Assembly: GCA_950097015.1 (NCBI GenBank)
Contig: CATNEN010000037.1
Location: 3,782,001 to 3,846,000 of the forward strand
Length of the DNA stretch: 64,000 bases
Reading direction: 5' to 3'
From: Macrostomum hystrix
Lineage: Eukaryota > Animalia > Platyhelminthes
Positions 12,331 to 22,400 of this stretch are shown here, piece after piece. The notes beneath the pieces were generated by a model. That model was given only the letters and a program-made list of their open reading frames with translations. It was not told the origin of the DNA and searched no databases. Made by a program: the position numbers and the translations under genes. Each line of letters begins with the position of its first letter. Position 1 is the stretch's first letter.

Positions 12331-12499
12331 GCTTGTTCTGCGACAGAGCAAGAGCAGAGCAGACAGAGCAGCTATAGATGCATCGAAGACAATTAAGGTT
12401 GGTATTAATTACTGCCACAGTACAAGCATGTGTAACTCGTGGAAAATAGTTGAATGCCGATAATGATAATATTTTGTGACATTAGCTGACTAATGACTC

Positions 12500-12702
12500 C
12501 TGTGCTCACACTTACACAGATACTGTACGCTGGCACACACACATGTACACTCTAACTATGGCTTGGAGGTTGACCCTCAGGAGCTTAAATTGAAGCCCCC
12601 AAGCCTTCTCTCCGCGGCTGCGCCCCAAATGAATGTGGCCTCGCCGAATTACAATTCCGCGGAATCGAGCTCAGGGACCTTAGTGCGAGAGGCAAACGCG
12701 TT
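12500..12702 (-). mobile_element. tRNA-derived SINE, family A, copy 1
   Basis: The reverse complement matches 24245-24400 (AACGCGTTTGC.TCTCGCAC.AAGGTCCCTGAGCTCGATTCC...GGCCACATTCATTTGG.GCGCAGCCGCGGAGAGAAGGCTTGGGGGCTT). Contains a B-box-like GCTCGATTCC. Confidence 0.7.
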
Positions 12703-13406
12703 ATCCCAAGTTGAAGGCTGATACTTTACAATATTTTACGATAATTGAAAGCTTCATCCATATTAGGACTCAGTTTTTATGTAGTCTGACTGCAAACTAC
12801 CTAGAACTGGTCACACCTGCAGTGCCAGCTTTAAGTATTAGTCTATGGTGCAAACTGTTTGTTAGGAGCAAACCTAAAGTCGCAAAATCTATACCAATTC
12901 GCTTAGACGATCTAAATTTTAGCAACGCCTAGAACAAAAAAAATCTTAAGAAGATACTCGTTAAAATTAATTGACAGTCATCGCCATTCCAGCTGAACTT
13001 CATAACCAAACCGGATAGGAAGGAAGCATATCTTAGGCATACACATGAAGGCCAGGAATGCAGAAGGTAAGCATGTAGTTTGATATCGATAGTAGTATAG
13101 TGGTATCGATCGATCGAAAGATAGTCCCAATCTTTACAATCCCGTAGGATTATTATCGCAGATTCCATCCTTGGCCCTAGATTACCATCTCTAATTCCCA
13201 TCACAGATTCCAATGTCTGATTCCCATCACAAATCCCAATCTAAAGTTAAAATCCCTACGTAGATCCCAGTCCAAAAAATATACTTCTTTCTCGAATTCC
13301 ATCCTAATAAACTAGTTCCTAAATTATGTTGTCATGATCAAGTCTCACTACTGACAAGTAGTCGTACACCTCTTGTGTAGTCGGCGAAGTTCGCCTCGGC
13401 GGTGAC

Positions 13407-16400
13407 ATGGCGACCGGCGGTGACTCGGTGGTGCCAGTTTCGGGAGGCCTGGCTGGCCGCCTGCAGCAGGAGGGCAGCATCACCTACAATGCCAGGCTGC
13501 AGGCTATGGGCCACTATCTAGGGTGAGTTTGTGCTCATAATCTTCCAGTTTCTTCAATCTTTGATCAACCAATCTCAATCAAATTAACAAAGTACTATTA
13601 AATTTTTTAGATAGTACTTTTTCTAGACGCATATCTCACTTCTCCAATCTTATTTACCCCTTTCGTTCCCATTTTCCTGGTCCCCGTTTTCTTCTTCCCT
13701 CCCCTTACCCCGCTTCTCATTTCAATTTGCCGTTCTCCCTTTCCGTACCCAATTTGCTGTTCCACCTTTACTACTCTCCATTTTTTCTCCTGTTCTTCCT
13801 CTTTTTGCTTTTTGGCAATTTTTTCCCGTTCCGGACTGTTATTTCCCTCCTCGAATTCTCTTTCACCGTATCGAGCATTGTGAGAAGCTTTTGAACCCCG
13901 GCTAGGCATATTTCTGTTGTGTTGGGCCACAGCTGGTCTCTAGTACTCGTGTATAAGAATGACTGCACCGAGTTTCTAAAGGTAAAGCAACAGCTTTGTG
14001 TTCTCTGCTAGCCACGCCCAGCAGCTATAGAGTCATGCCGCATCCGCTAGAAATCATGGAGCGACGATTGGAAGCATTTGCTCACTGCAATAGGTGAGGT
14101 CGACACTGGCAGGTGTAGATCAGAATCGAGCATCTAGATTCTTTGGAGCAGCAGAAACTGTGCAGTTTCTGTGCCACAAAATAAACCCTGCGACCTACAT
14201 GTAATTTGCGTATATTCGTTGGTCTACACATTTTATTCAGACTGCTTACCCCCTCAATATCTCACCTCTCCCCTGTCTCACCTCTCCCCTGTCTCACCTC
14301 TCCCATGTCTCACCTCTCCCATATCTCACCTCTCCCATATCTCACCTCTCCCATGTCTCACCTCTCCCATGTCTCACCTCTCCCATATCTCACCTCTCCC
14401 ATGTCTCACCTCTCCCATATCTCACCTCTCCCATATCTCACCTCTCCCATATCTCACCTCTCCCCTGTCTCACCTCTCCCATGTCTCACCTCTCCCATGT
14501 CTCACCTCTCCCATGTCTCACCTCTCCCATATCTCACCTCTCCCATGTCTCATAAGCCAGTTTTGCGTCCCAACGTTAGAGTTCAGCCGTGTAGGCATTA
14601 TTACCAGGCACACAATACATCAGATAATCTATATAGTCTCCATGCTTAGCAAATCCACCCCAAACTATTTCGCGAACCTTCGAAAGCTTGCCGGAGCCGA
14701 TGAAGCGCCGTATCCGGGCACTAAAGAAGCTGCAATTTCGCACCCTGGAAATCGAAGCGGATTTCTATCGCGAGCTGCACGTCCTGGAGATGAAATACGC
14801 CGGCGCCCACGCTGAGCAGTTTGAGCGCCGCTATCACATTGTCACCGGGTGTCGCGAGCCAACCGACGACGAATCTGATTGGCTGGAGGATTCCGAAGCC
14901 GAGCTACAATTGGCCAACCTGGCTCGCAGCATCAGCGCTAGCGGCGCGGCTTTGGAGAAGCCGGTAGACGCCGCCGAGTCAACAGCCGGCCTGCCCGGGT
15001 TCTGGCTGACCGCTTTAAAAAATGTCGAACTCATCGGCCAGATGATTCACGAACACGACGAGCCCATTCTGCGCCACCTGATTGACATCCGGGCTAGCCT
15101 GTTCTACGGCGACCAGACCGGCTTCACCTTGGAGTTTCACTTCTCAGCTAATGAGTACTTCACTAACAGTGTGCTCACTAAGCAGTACTTTATGCACATG
15201 GCCCCCGACCGGCGCCAGCCGTGGACCTACGACGGCCCGGAGATCTACCGCTGCCGCGGCTGCGACATTCAATGGTGCAAAGGCAAGAATGTCACGGTGA
15301 AGATCTTAAAGAAGGTGCAGCGTCACCGCGGCAACGGACAGAAACGGACCCTGACGAAAACTGTGGAGACTGACTCCTTCTTTAACTTCTTCAATCCGCC
15401 AACCAGGGGTAAGTCGGAGACGTACTTTAGGGTAAAAATATATTTGATTGAGTTGCGCCTAATATTAAGGCTTGATAAGTGACATCGGAGTCAGGTTGTC
15501 CATAGTGGCCTATTTCCACATGTTGTAGCCTTTGAAGGTCCAGCAGTCCGTCTAGAAAAAGGTTGGTGGCCGCCGAAGATGGAGGTGATGCAGGCACATT
15601 CGGGTGACATGCTGATCAATTTTGAAGGCCTGGCAAGGCCGCACTGAGGTGCAGTGCTGATTTGTGTATATGGGCGTATAAAAGACGGTAGCAACCAATG
15701 AGGTTGGTAGGTTAGCAACTAGTGAGGTTGGTAGGTTAGCAACTAGTGAGGTTGGTAGGTTAGCAATTAATGGGGTTGGTAGGTTAGCAACTAGTGAGGT
15801 TGGTAGGTTAGCAACTACTGGGGTTGGTAGGTTAGCAACTAATGGGGTTGGTAGGTTAGCAACTAATGGGGTTGGTAGGTTAGCAACTAATGGGGTTAGT
15901 AGGTTAGCAACTAATGGGGTTGGTAGGTTAGCAACAAATGAGGTTAGTAGGTGAGCAACTAATGGTGTTGGTAGGTTAGCAACAAATGAGGTTAGTAGGT
16001 GAGCAACTAATGGTGTTGGTAGGTTAGCAACAAATGAGGTTAGTAGGTGAGCAACTAATGGTGTTGGTAGGTTAGCAACAAATGAGGTTAGTAGGTGAGC
16101 AACTAATGGGGTTGGTAGGTTAGCAACTAATGGGGTTGGTAGGTTAGCAACTAATGGGGTTAGTAGGTTAGCAACTAATGAGGTTGGTAGGTTAGCAACC
16201 AATGAGGTTGGTAGGTTAGCAACAAATGAGGTTAGTAGGTGAGCAACTAATGGGGTTGGTAGGTTAGCAACTAATGGGGTTAGTAGGTTAGCAACTAATG
16301 GGGTTGGTAGGTTAGCAACAAATGGGGTTGGTAGGTTAGCAACTAATGGGGTTGGTAGGTTAGCAACTAATGGGGTTGGTAGGTTAGCAACTAATGGGGT

Positions 16401-19400
16401 TGGTAGGTTAGCAACTAATGGGGTTAGTAGGTTAGCAACTAATGGTGTTGGTAGGTTAGCAACTAATGGGGTTAGTAGGTTAGCAACTAATGAGGTTGGT
16501 AGGTTAGCAACCAATGAGGTTGGTAGGTTAGCAACTAATGGGGTTGGTAGGTTAGCAACTAATGTGGTTGGTAGGTTAGCAACTAATGGGGTTAGTAGGT
16601 TAGCAACTAATGGTGTTGATAGGTTAGCAATAAATGAGGCTAGTAGGTGAGCAACTAATGGTGTTGGTAGGTTAGCAACAAATGAGGTTAGTAGGTGAGC
16701 AACTAATGGTGTTGGTAGGTTAGCAACTAATGGGGTTAGTAGGTTAGCAACTAATGGGGTTAGTAGGTTAGCAACTAATGGGGTTGGTAGGTTAGCAACT
16801 AATGGGGTTGGTAGGTTAGCAACTAATGGGGTTGGTAGGTTAGCAACTAATGGGGTTGGTAGGTTAGCAACTAATGGGGTTGGTAGGTCAGCAACTAATG
16901 GGGTTAGTAGTTTAGCAACTAATGGTGTTGGTAGGTTAGCAACTAATGGGGTTGGTAGGTTAGCAACTAATGTGGTTGGTAGGTCAGCAACTAATGGGGT
17001 TAGTAGGTTAGCAACTAATGGGGTTGGTAGGTTAGCAACAAATGAGTTAGTAGGTGAGGAACTAATTGTGTTGGTTGGTTAGCAACTAATGGGACGATCG
17101 ACTTTAGCATTTTTTATCAAAATATTCATAAACTTCTACTTAAAGTAGTGTAACAATTATCTAGAGGTTTTTATAAACCAGCGTTTAAAAACTCTAATCC
17201 TTATCCTCCCTTCATTGCAGGAATCGACGAATTGAAAGACGATGTAAGTTTTGTTATCTTGTTTGTGTTTTTATGACATAATGACAAAAGTATGCTTTAT
17301 TTCTTCTTTCCTCGACAGTACAGTCTCAAAGCTGTATATCTGTATATTAGATTTTAATAGCATTGTTTCATTGTCAATTACTATTTCGATAATTGCAGGA
17401 TTCTGAGGTATTTAACGGTGGATTTGAACTCTTTCCTTATTATATTCCTAGGTTTAAATTGCGCAGTTGTGTCATATACCTTGTCCTAGAAAAATATTCA
17501 AATCACAAAAGTTTTTTGCTGTTCATAGTTAATTGTGTTACTTGATCATGTTAACAAATTTTGGTGGAATTTCATTTTAACATTGTGCTGAGGGTTGCTA
17601 GTGATTGAGTGTACATTGTGCTGAGGGTTGCTAGTGATTGAGTGTACATTGTGCTGAGGGTTGCTAGTGATTGAGTGCACATTGTGCTGAGGGTTAGTGA
17701 GTGAGTGTACATTGTGCTGAGGGTTGTTAGTGATTGAGTGTACATTGTGCTGAGGGTTGTTAGTGATTGAGTGTACATTGTGCTGAGGGTTGCTAGTGAT
17801 TGAGTGTACATTGTGCTGAGGGTTGCTAGTGATTGAGTGTACATTGTGCTGAGGGTTGCTAGTGATTGAGTGTACATTGTGCTGAGGGTTGTTAGTGAGT
17901 GAGTGTACATTGTGCTGAGGGTTGCTAGTGATTGAGTGTACATTGTGCTGAGGGTTGCTAGTGATTGAGTGTACATTGTGCTGAGGGTTGCTAGTGATTG
18001 AGTGTACATTGTGCTGAGGGTTGCTAGTGATTGAGTGTACATTGTGCTGAGGGTTGTTAGTGATTGAGTGTACATTGTGCTGAGGGTTGCTAGTGATTGA
18101 GTGTACATTGTGCTGAGGGTTGCTAGTGATTGAGTGTACATTGTGCTGAGGGTTGCTAGTGATTGAGTGTACATTGTGCTGAGGGTTGTTAGTGAGTGAG
18201 TGTACATTGTGCTGAGGGTTGCTAGTGATTGAGTGTACATTGTGCTGAGGGTTGCTAGTGATTGAGTGTACATTGTGCTGAGGGTTGCTAGTGATTGAGT
18301 GTACATTGTGCTGAGGGTTGCTAGTGATTGAGTGTACATTGTGCTGAGGGTTGTTAGTGAGTGAGTGTACATTGTGCTGAGGGTTGCTAGTGATTGAGTG
18401 TACATTGTGCTGAGGGTTGCTAGTGATTGAGTGTACATTGTGCTGAGGGTTGCTAGTGATTGAGTGTACATTGTGCTGAGGGTTGTTAGTGAGTGAGTGT
18501 ACATTGTGCTGAGGGTTGCTAGTGATTGAGTGTACATTGTGCTGAGGGTTGCTAGTGATTGAGTGTACATTGTGCTGAGGGTTAGTGAGTGAGTGTACAT
18601 TGTGCTGAGGGTTGTTAGTGAGTGAGTGTACATTGTGCTGAGGGTTGTTAGTGAGTGAGTGTACATTGTGCTGAGGGTTGCTAGTGATTGAGTGTACATT
18701 GTGCTGAGGGTTGCTAGTGATTGAGTGTACATTGTGCTAAAAATGTTCTTTACCTATTCCATAATAATCAACCATGACCAGGACGAAGAGATAGAAAACC
18801 TGTTGCAGTCGGACTTTGAAATTGGCCACTTCATTCGGGAGCGCATTGTGCCTAGAGCTGTTCTGTGCTTCACCGGCGAAGGCCTCGACGACGAGGACGA
18901 GGTGAGAATTCTGCAGTTTTTGTTTAATTTTAGCGAATCGAAATTAAATTTTTATCTCTTATAAGAACATGCAGCCGTCTCTATGCTAAAATTATATAAT
19001 TATAAAATACTCTCTCTTGGATTTTTAGAAACTTTTTACAAAACATTGTCGTGACTCATCTCTGCTAGGAGAACCATAGTCCTGATGCCTCACTATGAAG
19101 TCATTTGTCATGCGCAGCAGACTGCTTAGCCTTCATTCAGTAGGCTCTTTCTCTCTGCATCCCTGATCCCGCAGCCTCCCTATCTACCCACCTGGGCTAC
19201 CGATAGTCGCTAATGGGCATATTTAATAAGGCTGACGTGGCAGAGCACATCTGTCTATATTAATATGCAACCATTTTATTTTCATGCCCACACAATTGCT
19301 TCAGAAGCTTGCTAAGCCTACAGGAATGCCTTTCGTTATCAATCTTAGTAGTACCTTGTTATTGTTAGTTGCTGCTTCTAGTAGCAGCAGCAGCAGCAGT

Positions 19401-22400
19401 CCGGGCTGCTCGGCACAACTGCAGCAACAATCTATCGAATTGTTAATTGGGGCCGTGTTTGGCCAGTCGGTGACGGATGCCAGAAAGCGCAGCGTGCTGC
19501 GTTTCGCTCTTTCGGATCTTGGCTTCAATCCTGTTGAAGATGCCGATGCCAAGTGTTCGATTAGCAACCCGATGAAAATTCTTCCGCGTCCACTAGTTGC
19601 AATGGTGCCAGATGGCGACGCTATTCAAGCTAACCTGGCCGCCTGCGGTCTCCTAGACTCTGGCGCATTGGCTCTGATTGGGCCGGATCATCCGGCTGTT
19701 ACTGGCGCAAACCTGGCCGCCCTGGCCGCCGCCACCCAGGCCCCAATCATTGATCTGAGACCGTTCCATGCCCTGGTCAGTGAGCGGCAGCCGGCCCAGC
19801 CATTTGTGCTCCGCCTTCACCCGCCGATGGACCAGCTAGCCGCCTGTCTGGCTTCAACTATTGATCATTTCAACTGGCTTGAGGCTCTCTACGTTTACGA
19901 AAATTGGCAGGCCTGGCTTAGATTTGAAGCAACTCTTAGACGACGCGCATCATTTGAGGCTCTCTACGTGCGTCTCAGGCGCTACTTCAGTTCCATTGGT
20001 CCGGAGCCGCTATTGAATGAAATCGAACACGCCGGCTGGGCCACGGTTGTCCTGGATCTTAGTCCTGCCAGCGCCTCACACTTTCTGAGAACAGCCGCCT
20101 CACTAGGCATGGTTGGCGGCATCTATCACTACGTGCTGGTCGGCATGGACTCGGCCCAGTTGGCTTCGGAGTATCGCGGCAGCCGGTTCAACATCACCTC
20201 CTTCAGATTGGCGCCCACCGATACGCATTATTATGACCGAGTGCTGGCAGGACTGCGAGACTGGCAGCGTCAGCGGCAGCTGCGGGTGGGCGTTGGCACC
20301 GGTTCGATAGGCGACGAACACGTCAATGGCGGCCTGCCGGCCAATGGCGACGAAGAGTTCAGCCCGCTGGAGCCAGACGGACGCCTGTCATTGGAGGTGG
20401 CTCTTGTGTACGACGCAGCTCAGGTGAGACCTACAGCTAATCTCTGACATTTGGCTTCAGTCTGCTTGCAGTTTCAGTCTGCTTCTGCTTGCAGTTTCAG
20501 TCTGCTTCTGCTTGCAGTTTCAGTCTGCTTTTGCGTGTAGTTCGCCAATATTTCACTGCTATTCCACTTATTGCAGGTTCTACTAAAAGCTTTGGCGGGT
20601 CTGCAAACGAGTAGGAACCTTCTAGACGGAAGCAGAAATGGAAGCAGCAGCGGCGGCGGCGGCGGAGAGTTCTCCCGTTGCCATTCGGGAGCCGCCACTG
20701 CCAGCCACCTGTGGCCACTAGGCGCCAGCCTATGGAACTATCTGCACTCAGTTGAACTGCTCGATGTTGGTTTAACTGGCCGAATTCGTTTCGTCAACGG
20801 CATTCGAGCTGCAATTCAAGCACCGGAGAAAGAAGAGAACGGAGCAGCGGAAGCAGGCGGCGGTCTGGAGGTGTGGCATCAGCGTCGTCAGACCGGGCAT
20901 GTCCGCCTCGGTGTCTGCGACTCCACCGGTCGCCTGCGCCTCGACTCGCTATCAAAAACAGGCGACGCCTCCGCCGCCGGCGCCGCAACCCCAGCATCGG
21001 CCAGCAGTCGCCGGCTTCGCGTTGTGGTTGTGGCCGCCCAGCCGTTTGTGTGGATCAAGCGGCAGCACAGGTCGCGCTACCTCAGCGCCGAAGGCCACAT
21101 TCTGCCTGGCGTTCAGTTTCATCGGCATCATCTGGAAGGATTCTGCGTTGACATGCTGAACATGATCGCCAATCGGACTGGCATGAAGTGGTCGGTCTAT
21201 CGATCTCCTGACGACAAATACGGCAACTGCGTACGACCGCCCGGCTGTCCCAAGGAGACCGACATTCAAGAGGCTGGCATCGAGAAGGAGCGTCTGAGAT
21301 CGGAGTCTGTGGGCGGCAGCAGCCAGCCGCACCCGTGTCGCTGCCAGTGGAACGGCATGATGGCCGAGCTTGTATCCGGCCGGGCGGACATTGCTCTTGG
21401 CTCATTCACCATCACCTATGAGCGCGAACGGGTCATCGATTTCACTAAGCCGTTCATGACCCTCGGCATTAGCATCTTGTTTAAACGGCCAAAAGGCGAA
21501 AAGCCTGGCCTATTCAGCTTTCTCATGCCATTCGCTGTGGAAGTGTGGACATGCGTACTAGCCGCCTACCTTGTCACCACCGGCATCATTAACCTGCTGG
21601 GCAGGTTGTCTCCCTTCGAATGGACCAATCCGCATCCGTGTGTGCCGGATCCGCCTTACCTTGTTAACGAACTGTCGCTATCTAATGCATTCTGGTTCAC
21701 AGTTGGCACCCTGATGCAGCAGGGCTCCAATATTAGTCCCAGGGCTACCAGCTCCCGCCTAGTTGCCGTGAGCTGGTGGTTCTTCACCCTCATTCTAATC
21801 AGCTCCTATACGGCTAATTTAGCCGCATTTCTCACCGTTGAACGGGTGGTAATGCCCATTCAGAATGCCGAAGATCTGTCCAATCAGACCACTATTGAAT
21901 ACGGCCTACTGTCTGGCGGTTCGACCGAGGCATTCTTTGAGACTTCTCTCATTTCCACCTACGCTCGCATGGCTGAGTTCATGCGCAAACGGCCGGGTGT
22001 TAAAACTACTAGCACCAGCGCCGGCATTGAGCGTGTCAAACGCGGCGGCTACGCCTTCCTAATGGAATCTGCCATGATCGAGTATCACGTAGAACGCGAG
22101 TGCCAACTGCAACAAATTGGCGGCCTCATCGACAGTAAAGGCTATGGCATTGGGGTGGCGCCGAACAGGGAGGAACTGGGCGACCTGCTCACGCTCAAGA
22201 TTCTTGAGCTGCAGCGGGACCAGGAGCTGCAGGTGAGCTAGTTGCTCATCATAAATCATTGCTCACTATGTCGACCAATTCACACTTCGACTTTTACCTC
22301 AATATAATGAGTATCGCTCATAGTGTGTGTGAGTATCGCTCGTAGTGTGTGTGAGTATCGCTCATAGTGTGTGTGAGTATCGCTCGTAGTGTGTGAGTAT

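Noticed and set aside
13932-14092. Two exon-like segments with AG/GT borders in NAP1 intron 1
   Set aside because: No combination restores the NAP1 frame without a stop, they are separated by only 29 nt, and their peptides do not resemble NAP1.
15690-17092. Interstitial telomere-like sequence or G-quadruplex array
   Set aside because: The unit contains GGTTAG but no tandem TTAGGG. Most G-runs are only GG, so there is no strong support.
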